NCBI GenBank assembly: GCA_000934665.2
Contig: KZ537997.1
Coordinates: 62,001 to 126,000, forward strand
DNA length: 64,000 nucleotides
Reading direction: 5' to 3'
Source: Catajapyx aquilonaris
Taxonomy: Eukaryota
Positions 14,731-28,364 of this stretch are shown here, piece after piece; within the stretch, counting starts at the first letter, position 1; every line of letters begins with the position of its first letter. The position numbers and the translations under genes are program-made. The notes under the pieces were generated by a model. It did no database searches, was not told where the DNA came from, and worked only from the letters and a program-made list of their open reading frames with translations.

Positions 14731-17700
14731 ATGTCGGATGTTAGGGCCATGTACATGTACGGTGCCGCAGCCGTGGCGGCTGGAGTGGGTTGGTACGTCC
14801 TCTTCGGACCAACCGGCTCCCCTGGACCCGCATGTCGGAGAGGTATACATCTCGCAGAAGTTTTACGACGCAGTCGATGTATTATGATAATAAGCTGGGT
14901 ACTTTTCAGGTTATGTTTTCCCGTCAGGTTGCTATCGATGGGGTCAATTCCTTTTCTAATGTGGCATTAAGTTGTTAAGATTATGAATAGACTAATAATA
15001 CTTTGCAGCTGATGTGGGGCAATGTGTAGGATAAAGGCCTTGGACCTTCAGCTTATCAACCATTCATTTCTGAATACAATGCAAACAGGTCAATGGGCAA
15101 ACATATGATACATTCTGCTATTACACTATAAATGCCAATACGTGTTGAAAAATAGGATACTTTCATCAGAGCCAAGTTGCCTGTGTTCTCTTTTAAATTG
15201 GAACACCCTGCAGAGGCAACTTGGTAAGATAAAAGCATGGTGTGGTATTTAATGACAACTTGTAATGTTACAGAGGCAATATGTGGCCTACGCAACATGG
15301 GCAACACTTGCTTTTTGAACACCACCATCCAGGCATTGGCTGCCTGTCCCTATTTCTTCACCTGGTTACAGGAGCGTATTGCTGAAAATAGAAAGGCTCC
15401 ACTTGCAACTCAACTTCTTCGGGCATTGCAAGGCAAGTTATTACTGTTACTTTATCTTATTCTTTTTGACCAGGAGAGGCAGAGTTCCACATCAGTAACG
15501 TATAAGTCTACAGATGGAAGAGTCCTGGTTTAGATTCCAAGCCCAGTCTTCCCCCTTTTATCTGATACAGAGTTAGGGTCATCTCCCTCTGCACTTCCAC
15601 CTTCCACCTTCCCTTTCACATTTCCTCCACCTTACTCTGACCATGGGCACCACTGCTTTACTAAAAATGTTCTCAGTTGTATCACTAACCAATAATGACA
15701 ATAAATAATGCATTCTAATGGAATACCACGCAAGAGGTCAGCACCACCCAGATAATATCATTAACAAGTTTACCTATCTAGTGCACAGCTATGATGGAAA
15801 GAAGCCTACAAAATTTTTCTGCCTGTAATTCCAGTTGTGAATCGCCACAATGAACATCTGTTCCAGCTAAGTCCATTTATCCCGACTGACTTAATGCATG
15901 CTCTGGGCAAGTATGGCTGGATGGAGACAAATGAAGAACAAGATGCCCATGAGATGTTCGTGTCCATGTCTTCTACTTTGCAAGATGAGTTGCAGGTAAT
16001 ATGTGTTAGTGTAACAGTTTGTTGCGATCATCAATTTCATTTGAAATGCTGTGTCACCAAATGGAATTACTAAAGCAGATCCTTATTGACAAATAATGTT
16101 CTAGTAGCCATTTCTTAAACTAAAACAGTTGTAATTCCCAGTTTGTTATAAAATATATGTTTATATATAAAATGTCTTAAGTACTTCCACAACAAAACAA
16201 TAGTACAGTTGAATCCGGATAAAACAGCCTCAGCTATAATCGACTTTCAGTTATAACAGACTCGAAGGGCCGGTCACACCCTACTTCCATAGGGCCCTAT
16301 GTATTTTTACTCCTGATATAACAGCCTCATTTTCACCTCACCTCGGGTATAACGTATAATCGACAATTTCTTGGAACCTCGGTGAGAAAATGTGCTGCTT
16401 TTGATTACTCAGCTTCTTTTTCCACGTGAGGAAAGCACTGCATAATGGAGATGGGGTGATTTTCCCATCTGTCACTGATATAACACTTGCTGAAAAGGTC
16501 AAAATCATTATTTTTCTTGTATATTTGGCCAGAACAAGATAGCATAAGAGAATTAAGGATTTGTTTTGGTCCTGCCTAAGTTCCTGGTGAGCTAATTTTT
16601 CATGTTTGTGGATAGTTTCATTAATCAACATGCAGTAGTGTGCATTATAAGCATATGAAAGCAGAAAACTTGTGTTTTGTTGCAAAAGTGGTGGGTTGGC
16701 TATAACAGACCACTGTTATATCATACTAATTTCCTCGGTCCCTTGAAGTCTGTTATATCCTTATTCAACTGTATATGCTAAGTGCAATGCTGGACATCAT
16801 TTTAAAATCTTAGGCAATGCAATTGTTTTTAGTTTACATCAACCTTTTAGTCAAAAAACTGGGTACCATAATTAAAGATTATACTCTGCAGGTTCCTTCC
16901 AAGATACCATCCCTGATACGTGTAGACAGTGTGGTACGATTGGGGCAGCTCCCTAGAAAGGGGGATGGTGAATCCATTACTACAGAGGAAGCCAGCAAAT
17001 TCAAGCTTCTGGGTGGCATATGTGAGAATCAGGCATCCTCCTCCTCTACTGCTTGCGCAATACCTGATGACTCTGACATGCTTATAAGGAGTGAGGAACT
17101 TATGCAGAATGCGGCAATTTGTCCTGAGATGGTCCCGGAGCTGCTTGAGTTGCAGAGATCTTTGCAGGCAGAAGGTGTACCTCTACAGTCTCTGGACTCA
17201 GTTCGATATATCCCTGGTCGCTTTCTTAGCCGGACTTCAGAGCAGAACAAAGTACGGGACCTACCATTTAGGGGGATGATGGCCAATCAAGTCATTTGTA
17301 ACACATGCGGGTACAAGGTAAGGGAGAAAATTAGCAGGTGAATTTACAATATTAAAGGGTGCAAAAGTGAGCTTAATTATTAGGGTCTTGGGAACAGCAA
17401 GGATAGAATACACCGTATTACCTCTCATAAAGCGGCATGCCAGTGTAGTTCAGGTCGACCAGTTCTTAGAAATGCATGATATGGTGGCTATACCGGCATG
17501 CCAGTATAAGGAAAGGTATGCTGGTATAAGGCGACGTTGTCACATAAGTTACATTATCCTTTCCGAACTTGACATTTGCCTGAAAATCAAAATTCACGTA
17601 AAGGCTATTGAAAAGGCACATTTTCCGAATAGAGTACCCGTTCCATATCTTGTTTTCATTGCAGTGTCGGGCAATAATCTGTATTTAAACAGTATTTTGG

Positions 17701-19998
17701 AGCAGGGGGTTCCCCTGTCAAAGCAGGCTGACGATGGGATTGGTCACACACACTACATTTTTTATATGCACTGTGCACCAGAATTTGCATATTCTCACAG
17801 CCTGTACACTCACCCATTTTCATTGCATCATTTATTTAAGTGGGCACTACAGTAATCGACCTTCAAAAAATCGATTTTTTATTTTATTTTTGAAAAAAAT
17901 CAAGTGTCTTTTCCTGCGTCGAACGCGGCAAACCGTGTCCCGAATTTCAAAAAATTGGCGCGTCAGCTCTGGCAACAACCTTAGGAATCTTTTAACTTGA
18001 AACACATTTTTCTCAGTTTGCCGGATTTGGACACTGTCACCATCGCCCAGGCCACAAAAATTTAGTTATGGACTTCCCGCTTCACCAGATTTATCCTCAA
18101 ACATGGCGCTATCGTTCGGCCTAAAAGAATTAGCCTGCTCGAACTACTTCTATTTTTTACTTTCATTAAATGTTGCTTAATTTTGTAGTTATCTTTCTGA
18201 AATCATCAAAAAAATACTAAAACGATTTCAAAAATTATAATTCTAGGTCAAACGAAAACTACATGCTCAAGGAAGCCTGAGGTCCAATCTGACAGTTGTA
18301 GGTTAACCCCAGCGCCCTAAATCGTGGTTACAGTGGCGTGACGTCACGTGGCCCTGGAGGCCCTTCGACACACAAACGTGATTCGATTATAGGCGCTAAT
18401 AGGTCTGTGACTTAAGTACATTCATGAAAATGAAGTCCAACTTCTTGTCATTTTTGTTTTCCTTATTTCTTTCTTTGGGGGGGGGNGGCAAGTTTTCACA
18501 AAACCCTTGATTTTGACTGTACTGCATTAATACGGTACCAGAAACATTCCAAAAAATTTGGCAGGGATCAAAATTACAGAAATCTACCTCAGTTATTGTT
18601 GCATGCAGGCCACCCCCTGGATATACCGGCATGCTGGTCAACCTTGTTTTATACCGGCATGCCGCTTTATGAGAGGTAATATGGTAGTGTCATGCTATGC
18701 AAGGAAATGAAGATTTTAATGTAACTTACATAAGTTGCAGAATTTTTTTACAAATTTGGGGCTACATTAGTGCTCATCCACATGCTGTACACAGTGCATG
18801 TAATATAAGGGTTATCCAGATGAAAATGTGTATTGTCATGAATTTTTTGAATCCAAGAGCAGAAGAAATTAAACGCCCTTCGTATTCATCCATTTACAGT
18901 CTCTGATGAAGTACGACACATTTGACTGCATCTCTGTGAGCCTGCCTCTTATCCATTATGAAGCTGCCACACTGGAGGGTCTCCTGGCGCAATTTGTAGC
19001 AGAAGAGACTATTGCTGGAGTCATATGTGAGTCCTGCTCACGCATCAAGCATACCAAACAGCAGAGAGCACTGCATCATGGGGGAACCAAGAGTGAGGTG
19101 GTGGTTCCTGATGGACTTCACAGGGATGCATTCAATAGATCCAATGGGGAGGTCCCAGTTCCTGTGGAACCTACACCAGATGTACCACTTCCAGAAAGGA
19201 CCAAAGGAGAGGTTGCACTCCATGAAAGACACAATAATGAGTCAGCACTTTCTGATAGGCAAGAGGCTGTTCACTCTGACAAGCCTAATGGTGATGTGAC
19301 ATTACCTGGTGAACCCTCAGGAGTTGTGGTTATTCCCAAAGGGGATATATATGAATCCCTTACTCACAGCAAGACCAAACCTTCACCTGAAACCACGTCT
19401 TCCACTACTGCAGATATGGAGGTTGTAAGGAGCACGTTTCAGAAGCAGCAGGTGATTGGGAAACTTCCCCGCTGCCTGTGCATACATGTGCAGCGAACTG
19501 CTGCTACGAAGGATGGAAGGCAGTTTAAAAGAGGAGACCACGTCAAGTTTGGGGAGGAGCTTGACATGGGGAGATTCATGCAGGGTGCAATGAGGAGAGG
19601 TGGAAAGAAGATGGCTGAGGGGGAGAGTGGGAGTAAAAACAATAGAGATCACCGCTACAAGCTGAGGTCTATTGTTGTGCATGTGGGTGACGTGTCTTCA
19701 GGGCACTTTGTCACTTGCAGGAGGGGACCATCTGACTCCAAGGCTTACGATCAGTAAGTATATGGTTCATGTGTCGTGAGGATCTGATATGCATCTCAAA
19801 TGCCACTCACTTACAGTTGGATGTTAAGTTCATCCTTTATGCGGTGATATTAGTATGCCTCCCATGTGCACATATTATCCTTAATTTCATTTGGTTAATT
19901 TCAGATGGTACCATACATCAGACGCTACAGTGCAGAAGACTAGTCTGGAGCGTGTGCTCCAAGAGAAGGCATACTTGCTATTTTACGAAAAGATCTGA
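14731..19998 (+). CDS. USP30: Ubiquitin carboxyl-terminal hydrolase 30 (mitochondrial outer-membrane DUB)
   Basis: Exons ~14731-14842, 15274-15432, 15835-15995, 16892-17337, 18900-19754, 19905-19998; intron 2 is GC-AG. N-terminal TM ([16 protein letters not shown]), Cys box [19 protein letters not shown], His box [13 protein letters not shown], and WYHTSD with Ser at the third catalytic position as in USP30; ends AYLLFYEK. Confidence 0.92.
16206..16771. mobile_element. TA-flanked pogo/Tigger-like MITE in USP30 intron 3
   Basis: ta|cagttgaatccggataaaacag ... ctgttatatccttattcaactg|ta, with subterminal tataac repeats. Confidence 0.75.
17413..18684. mobile_element. Non-autonomous DNA transposon in USP30 intron 4, with a nested TTAA-flanked (Kolobok-like) element at ~17836-18530
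   Basis: Outer TIR ccgtattacctctcataaagcggcatgcc / ggcatgccgctttatgagaggtaatatgg with repeated taccggcatg; inner ends ttaagtgggcactacagt / actgtactgcattaa. Confidence 0.7.
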
Positions 19999-20252
19999 GC
20001 CTCAAGCTATCCAAAGAATGAAAAATATGCTAAATTATTTTAAACAAATTACTGGTACTGTACTTGAAAACCACTCCACCAATTGTGTTCAGTGCTGTGA
20101 TAACAGAAACATGCCAAATGCCCATATTGGATGGTTGTGTTTTTCTTAATCTGAAATTGTACATACACTGAAGAATTTTATTTGTAATTTTAGATGTCAA
20201 TATATGCAGGATTGTATATCAAATTGTGTGTTATAAATATAGTTGAATGACC

Positions 20253-20420
20253 GAAGCAGGTTGGTGTGGTGGAGGAGTCCGAATGCGAATCGGAAGGTCC
20301 TGAGTTCGATTCCCGGGACCAGAGATCCTGACCGTAGTTTTCTGTGGTTTTCCACTGTCCCCCCAGGATAATTCCAGGATCGTTTCTGTATAATAGGCCA
20401 CAGCCGCTTTCCTATCCTTG
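20253..20420 (+). mobile_element. tRNA-derived SINE, family C
   Basis: B box gagttcgattcc followed by atcctgaccgtagttttctgtggttttccactgtcc...taggccacagccgcttt, a body pattern common in insect SINEs. Confidence 0.65.
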
Positions 20421-20760
20421 GCACCATCCAATGGTGGTATTCCACCCCCCTAATGGAGAGCCGATTCTCCCAATGGGGTGAAATAAATTTAAATTAAATG
20501 TGGTTGAATGTGATTATATCTGACAGCAGATTGTGACCATCGATATTTATTTTCAACTGAAGAATATTGACATTTTTGAGGAACCCGCGCAACGCACGCA
20601 GCGCCACACGCGAAATAAAAACAAAATGTTTATTGATGCGACGATGGCGACACCCCCGTCGGTTCTTGGAACTACTGGAGCTTCCCCCCCTCATTTGCAT
20701 ATGCCTCCCACCCTCCTCTGCCACCCTCGACCCTCTCCTCTTTTCCCTTCCCTCCCTACG

Positions 20761-21082
20761 AATATGGCGGACGGTTGAGTGGTGACGGGGTGGGGTCCTA
20801 ACCCAGGTGAATATTGGGCGTGCCTGCTCCCTTCTTGCTTTTACTCTGGGTTGCTTGCCCCTCGCAGCCATCAGGGTGTGTCCTAGTCGGCGTCCGGGGA
20901 CAGTGTGCGGCAGAGGAACAACTTGACTGCCCTGGGTTGCATAATTTCGCTTCATTTTTTGACATCCAACGACGCACCCTTATGTCCCTTTCTCATGTGC
21001 ACACACATCCTTCTTGCCCATTCCGATTGGTTCAGTCCCACCGTGTGTTGCGCCAGGCTGATTTTTGGAAAAGTACACCCAA
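20761..21082 (+). other. Probable non-coding first exon (5' UTR) of DGCR8/pasha
   Basis: GC-rich island starting AATATGGCGG (YY1-like, typical near a TSS) and ending at donor caa|gtaact; next acceptor ttgcag at 22285 lies upstream of the ATG. Confidence 0.6.
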
Positions 21083-22380
21083 GTAACTACATTATCCGTC
21101 ACGATGATTCTGTAGTAATGATTATCCTGGCACAGCGCAAAAGAGGATTTAATATCTTTAAAGTTTCAATTGCACAATATTATCTGATGCATTTCGTGTC
21201 ACGTCTTTGGGTTCAGTTTGACTGCGGACTCTGCTTGTGAGTGGATTTACTTGAATGTTTTTTTCTCTACCTAGCGGGCCCCCGAAATTGCAAAACAAAA
21301 GAGAGAGAAATATATATCGATGTAAATGTGACAAAAGTATGGAGCATGGCAAAAGTTTTCTGAGGGAGAGAGCCTTTCAACATTTCACGAGCTCTTTACT
21401 TAGAAAAACTCTTGTTAATGCTTGGACAAGCAGCTTCAACTGGTCAAGTCTTCTTTCATTCCCCAATTCCCACATTCTCTTCAGTGACTGATCGCAACTT
21501 TTAAGCCCCCTGCAGTAGAATTTGTGCAGAAAAGTCCAAGCTAAAGGCAAATATAAATTCTCGTTAGAAAATGAAGGTTCAACCTGCTGCTGCCAATGCA
21601 AATGTCCAATCTAGATGGTGAGAAAGAGGTTGGACTTTGCTACCATTGGTGGTTTGTGGGGAGGACTCGGCACAAACGCCCCTCAACAACAAAGAACTCT
21701 TCTTTTACTACTCGGAACTAGTAGCTGCTTTTTTATTACAATAATAGTAACATTTACTACTTTCCTTTTGAAAGAGCAAAATTATATTGTTTGTAAAAGA
21801 AACACAATGAATTTTAATTTACAGTTATGTGGAGATGATGGTTTATTCTTGCCAACGAGAAAGAAACTAATTTTTATCGCCCAAGTTGTTGGTCTCACTG
21901 TCCATCTTGAGTGAAGGAGATGACAAATTTTGTTGAGTAAAGCTTCCGAAACATTGTACGTTATTCATTGCCAGGAGGAAAGACTAAGTTTGTTGTTTCT
22001 TTACTCTCCTTCTCTGTCACCTTCTCCTAGTTTGTGAGTTATCCATGATCTTCATATAATTGGGAATGGATATCTTATTGTGTTTCTCTATAAGTATACC
22101 CAGCCTTTTGACTAACATAATAGTGCACCACATACATGTATTAACTTGTGGACTTCTAGCCCCATGTGATCTTTGTAATGTGTTCTCTGTTGTCATAAGG
22201 ATCACAGTAAGGTCATCTGTTTTGATGCTTTTATTGCATGCATATTGTGATGCTTTTGGTCTTCATTGTGAATGTTTTATTGCAGAGGTGACAGCAGGAC
22301 AGTTTTGCGCTCTCTTTAATTATTTGAGGGAGCCTAATTATTGGTTTGGGGGTGAACCAAAAATATTTGAAAACGAAGAC

Positions 22381-25300
22381 ATGACAATGAAGAGGAAGAT
22401 TAGGGATGTGGAGTCTGAAGAAAGCGCATTGGACATGACAGAGGAGGAGGAGAACAGGGTGAAATTGGAAAATGGAGACATCAATGGGGTGGAATTAAAA
22501 ACTGAGCCAGATGATGAGATAGAGGATGGGGAGGATGAGGAGGATGAGGAGGAGGAGGAGGAGGAGTATAGGGATGAGGAGGTAGGGTTGTTATGCCGGG
22601 CAGGTATGGGGACATCAAGGGAGTTTGATGTGCTGGATGAGGTGGATGCAACAGCCAATGACAATGAAGAGGTGGATAGTGACAACCAGTCAGATGGCAG
22701 CTATGACTCCGAAGTTCCAGATGAAGAAATTGACGCCATGTTAGAAGAAGGTTCGGGACTGTTATTACCACTGTATTAATGGCATCGAGAAGAATGACTC
22801 TCACACTGTCACTTTTATTACTTTAATATGTTGTGATTTAATATGTTGTGACAAGGAAATCATTGTCAGAAGTCAAATTTTTTTTCATGTAAGGATTGAT
22901 AATTCTGGGAAGGCTTCACCAAAATTAACACGAGGTCCTTTTTCTTCATGCAAAACAAGACCTAGCTGCTAGTCAATTCTTCTCTTAATATATGAAAAAT
23001 GTTCTGCAACAGGAAGTACATTAATTTGATTTTAGTAGGCGTCTCATTTGCTACTTGCCACTTGCCACTTTTAGAAAAAGGGAACAGAAATGTGACAAGG
23101 GAATTGATGCACACATTGTCACATTATCTATGTATTTCTTTAGCCTCTTTTGAATGGGTGCCAATGAGATGTGCATTGCTAGATGCTGAAAGCAATTATG
23201 CCTGTAATAACTTCAAATTTCTTATTGAAGTGAATCTTATTTGCACCCATTTTTGTATCTGTTCCCTGAGGCAGTTGTCAGCAGTTTGATTTCTGGTAGG
23301 TTTGCCCGAGGAATTCAAAGGGACCAAGAGACGGAGGATTGAGGATTGTTACAGGAGGGATGATGATGACACTGCCCATGAGGAGAGGGAAAAGGTTGTA
23401 CTTGAAGGTAAGACATTGTGACCCTCCTCACCATTGGAAGTAGCTTTGTCTGTCACCATTCCACAAATATCAAGGCAGTCAATAACATGAATAAAAACCA
23501 GGAAAGATTTTGTCTATCTCCTACCTCTCAAATACTTTTCTGGCGTGGGTGACCCTGCCAATAGACAAAGCTACCACTGTTATAGCTCTTGCGGTGACCA
23601 GAGAAACACAAGATCCAACACAAAACCAAATCAAGGAGATTATTAAAGAACTAGTGTGTGCCTTGTGAATCTCTATGAGAGGCCCTTGAAATGTCATTGG
23701 CTAAGAACTTGTAATTTTCATTTCATCCTTGATTGTATTATTGTTGCTTTATTGTACTTTTAAATTCCGGTGGAACCCAAATGGTAGAATATGATGATGA
23801 AGCTAATTATTATGAAGGTGTCATGAACTGAGAGTGGTAATTGACTCACTATTCCTCGGTGCAACTGAGAAATGATCATGTTTAATGCTTCCAGAAAAAG
23901 GTCACAACCACTTCGAGGTCCTCCCTGAGGGATGGGTTCAGGTGACACACAACAGTGGGATGCCCATCTACTTGCAGAAGCAGACTCGTGTTTGCACCCT
24001 TTCCAAACCTTATTTCTTAGGACCAGGAAGTGTTAGGGTGAGGAAGGCATTGGATATGTATTCTGTTTGTCAATACTTTGAACATACATTCATGCATGCT
24101 ATTTCCAACTGCAGAAACATGAGATTCCGCTGAGTGCCATTCCGTGCCTCCAGTATCAGAAAGCTTTGGAACAGGAAGACGAAGACAGGAGAGTCAGCAT
24201 TTGCCCATTCAGCAGCAACGGCACGGATAATTGGGAGGAAGAAGAGCAGAAAAATCCTTCTCCATCTAGTGGTGACCAATCGACCCAATTGACTTTTCCT
24301 CCACCCATTTTATCTTCCTGCCTTATTTGATATAACCAGGTTATGCATTTAATTGATGCCTATGCATTTTACTTATGCAAGTTTTCTATAAATGTTTTAC
24401 AGATGATGGCAATCCTGAGGTATCACTGCCAAGTGCAAGAATTGAGACTGCACAGGAAAACAAGGCGGCTCAGTCACTAGACCACATCCAAGTCCGAAAG
24501 TATTGCCAGAGATTGTTCAAGTTCAAAACCATCAAAGTTTTACGATTCAAGTAATAACCTTTAAAAAATTGGGCTTTCTTAAAGCTTATTCACAAATTAA
24601 TGGAGCTTGGTGTGATTTTCAAAGGTCATGGACTGCCAGACGACGTTACACAAAGCAGAAAAAACACCAAAAACAGCTTCAGAGGCCTACTTTACCAGAA
24701 GGAACCAAACTGATCATGTTTCCAATACAGAGTGAAGGTACCTTATGATTCATCATGAAGGCTTATTTATTTTCAGAGGGTATACTTAATCATACGGCAT
24801 ATTAATTTCCTATAGATGCAGAAAATACCGGTGTTGGGTCCAGAGCCAAGAAAGAATGGATTATGAATCCAAATGGCAAAAGTTATGTGTGTATACTACA
24901 TGAATATGTCCAACATGCTCTGAAAAAACAGCCCTGTTATCAATTTAAGGAGTTGGGTATGGTCATTTATATATTTATTTTAAAAACCAAATGTAATGAA
25001 TATGCCCCCTTTCATTTATATATATGCAGAGAATGCAGCATCCCCTTATGCAGCTACGGTTATAATTAATGCCATGAAATACGGAACTGGTTATGGAAGT
25101 AGCAAAAAACAAGCCAAGCTTGAAGCAGCTAAAGCAACTTTAGAAATTCTAATCCCCGAGATGAGAGAGAAGATACGAGAGGAAAGTGGGAATAAGAATG
25201 CAGATGACACTGACCTTTCGGTAGGTACTGGACATTTGCAGTCAATTTCATACTCCTCTTAGTTTATAGATTTGTTTAATTATGTTTTTGGTAATGTTGA

Positions 25301-27858
25301 TTTGGGGCAGGATAAAATATAAGATTCAAGGAACAAATATGGTTGGAATGGATGTTTCTTACTTTGTGGCGGGCCAGAAACGTATCCTTTAAACGCACAT
25401 TAATTGTTTTCACATCAATAATGACATGTCACGAGGTTTTGAAACTGATCCTTCGAAAGTGGGCAAAACTGACCTGTCTAATTAGGTTTAAGGAAGACAA
25501 GGCAGTGCCGTAAGATGGATTGCTAAGTCCAAAAGTAATCCAGGACCACCTGCAGGATAATTTTACGGAATTCGTGCATTACAAATGTTTTGATATGTTC
25601 CCAATTGGTAGTTTAATCAGTCAGATTGATGTTTAACTTTGCATAATTTTCAGTTCTTTGATGAGGTTAAAATTGAAGATCCGCGGGTAGCTGAACTCTG
25701 TGCCAAGACGAGTGAGCCTTCCCCTTATTCAATTTTACTCACATGTTTACAACGGTAGGTATGCACTTTTATCATCTTTTATCCAAAAACTAAATGTATT
25801 ATTTGGTCGTTTTGCAGAAACTTTGGCTTGGGTGATATGCACATTAAATATGAAGTAAGCAGTCTGAAGCATCAGAAGAACGAATTCACCATGACAGTAG
25901 GAAAGCACACTGCCAAAGTCATATGCAAGAACAAGAGAGATGGGAAGCAAAGAGCATCTCAAGCAGTACTGCAGGTTGTTTGGTTAACCCTGTTTCTCAT
26001 TATAATCATGAAGTTATCTTTCATCCTGTGTTCTATTGTGGAGAATGATGTGATTTGTGGAGTCATGGAAGTAACGCATACTACTGAGTGTGTTTTGTTC
26101 TTAACATTATTTTTCAGGGTAAGGTGTGCATGCCATTGTGTTATAGCTTGCAATCGTTAATTGAACTCACTAACTCCACGCATCTCAGGAACAACCTACA
26201 ATCTGTTACCACCGTTACAACCAGCTACACTGCAAGTTACCACTACACAATTCCACCCAACCAGGACTCACTGTCAGAAACTACATAAGTTTGTTTCTAT
26301 AGGCAGACCACAATGACTTCCAAGTGATGTTATCGTGTTGTTTACCAATTCCTAGTCACTGGAAATATGCCGAACACACACCTGGAACCTCACACTTTTC
26401 AAGTTTCCATGGAGATGCGCTCATGCTACAATGGGGAAGTAGCCTTCATTTTGGAAACTACATAATAAATTCGCCCACATTTTTTGGATTTTTTTGGCAT
26501 ATTCCGTTTCAAGATATCAGTTTCAGTTCCGGAGTAATTGGGGTTTTTATGTAGGCTACTGGTGACGTCACTGTCAGCCTAGAAAATGTTGACGTCACGC
26601 GAAGTGAAATGAACGCAAAAATGGTGTTATAGAACGCGCCCCGTCATTGTCGTAAAATGCTTTGCTGTTGTTAGCAACCGTCCCATTCCGTGAGCAAGAG
26701 AGCGGCCGGGGCGCGTATTTATTCCAGGCCGCTCAAGTCGCTTTGTATGTGGCAGTGATGCCAACTGGTAGGAATTATCTGTCACCCGAATTCGGCACAC
26801 TGAGGTCCCTTTTCTCCACCTCTATGGCCTACATCCGCCTTGCAAATGCTTTCCGTCGTGTCCGCGGTTAATTCAAAGTCAAATTCCTCATATCTCGCAG
26901 TCAACCAGGCATTTCAGTGCACCCTTTCGATTGGCACCACCCGGCTCCGCCGTTTTTCCCGCCAATTTTGAAGGCACTTTTAAATGTGCCGTAATTTATC
27001 CAGTAATGTCATTTTGATGCAACAAAGTGATGGAATGTATGTTTACAGGCATGGGCTAGCTAGTTATGAACAAAAATCCCAAATCCCAGACCAAGGCTAG
27101 TTCCCCATTGACGTAAAAATTGGGTAAAAATTGCCGTACTTGTATCATGAGGGCATTTCCATGGACATTTGAAGAGTGTAGGGTTCCAGGGGTGTGTATG
27201 GCATATTTCCGTTGAGTAGGAATTGGTAAACAAAACAATGACGTTATTTGTAAGTTATCGTGGCCTGCCTGTAGGGACAAGTTTTTATGAGTTAGGTTGG
27301 GTTCTAATTGTATTTCTTTAATTTGGCCTTATAACCCTTTGGACCAGTTGCTTAGTAAATAAGCAAATGAAAGTTGTCAAATTTACTCCACTTTCTTGAC
27401 CATTTCTCTAGGACCATGTCACATTTTTTACCACACATACAGTAGTATCTAGTCTAGAATTGCAGGAATTGGATATAAGATGTAATTTAATACTCGACCG
27501 TGTGTATTTGAAGGCATTGCATCCACACATCACAAGTTGGGGCTCGCTGTTGCGCCTGTATGGTAATCGGTCTGTCAAGTCTATTAAGGAGAAGAAGCAG
27601 GAGGAACAAGAAATAACGCTTCTGCAAAGCAAAGCCTCAATGAATTCCCCCAACTTCGCAATTCTCAACAAACTCCGCATGGAAATGCACAAGCTTAAGG
27701 AAATGAAGGTCTTGTGTTACTTTTATATTAAACATGCATTTTCTCTAATATAAACTTTGTTGCAGGCGGCTGTGCAACCAATTGGAAAGTTCATCCCACC
27801 AGATGATGTGGGAATGCCAACATCATCAGGTGTTGATCTGAAGAATGTTGACCTCTGA
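22381..27858 (+). CDS. DGCR8: Microprocessor subunit DGCR8/Pasha
   Basis: Coding exons approx 22381-22750, 23300-23407, 23895-24037, 24115-24271, 24403-24550, 24625-24737, 24816-24956, 25030-25220, 25654-25754, 25818-25974, 27514-27708, 27766-27858. WW/Rhed region [18 protein letters not shown]...[22 protein letters not shown], dsRBDs ([34 protein letters not shown]), [16 protein letters not shown]. Confidence 0.96.
26299..27272. mobile_element. Non-autonomous DNA transposon with ~130-bp TIRs in a pasha intron
   Basis: aggcagaccacaatgac...tttaccaattccta...ggaaatatgcc pairs with ggcatatttcc...taggaattggtaaa...atcgtggcctgcct. Confidence 0.75.
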
Positions 27859-28199
27859 CAGAGCACTACTTGACACCCTGTGGAGGACAAATCAGTGCAC
27901 TTTGTCACATACTCCTAGACGAGGAGCCAAATACATTACTATTCTACTTTGCCCATCTTGACAGAGCTATTGCATAGCTGGTATGAGTACTACATTTTTG
28001 GCGTATTGTTAACAACACTGCCATGAAGCTGGAAATTTATTCCAACATTTGCAACTGCCAAAGTTCACTGTTTCACTTTATTGCGGTTATTATTCACTCA
28101 CTTTGTTTCGCAGACATGCCAGGTTCCTTTATGTGTAGATGTTGGATTTGCTGCCTAGTCCACTGCCATGTTTGTTTTACCTTTAGCCACTTAGTTGCA

Positions 28200-28364
28200 A
28201 ATATTCTAGTGAAGACTTGATTCTTAGTGGCAGTTGATAGTTGGAAGGGATTGACGTGGAAGACCTTGTGAAGCCGCACCAGATTTTTTGGGTCAATTGG
28301 TTCCTGTATGGTCCATTCCTTAAAATCAACATCCCCAGTTCCTGTCCACAAGAACTACCCAGTC
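28200..28364 (-). pseudogene. Degraded duplicate of the TANGO2 terminal exon
   Basis: Retains acceptor tagcag|gact and aligns with exon 29408-29243 (GDVDFKEWTIQEPIDPKN vs WDVDFEEWTMKEPIDPKN). A -4/+1 indel pair places a TAG two codons after the acceptor. Confidence 0.8.

Noticed and set aside
23789..23869. Possible C/D snoRNA (ATGATGA...CTGA) in a pasha intron
   Set aside because: No terminal stem, too close to the 3' splice site, and no recognisable rRNA guide.
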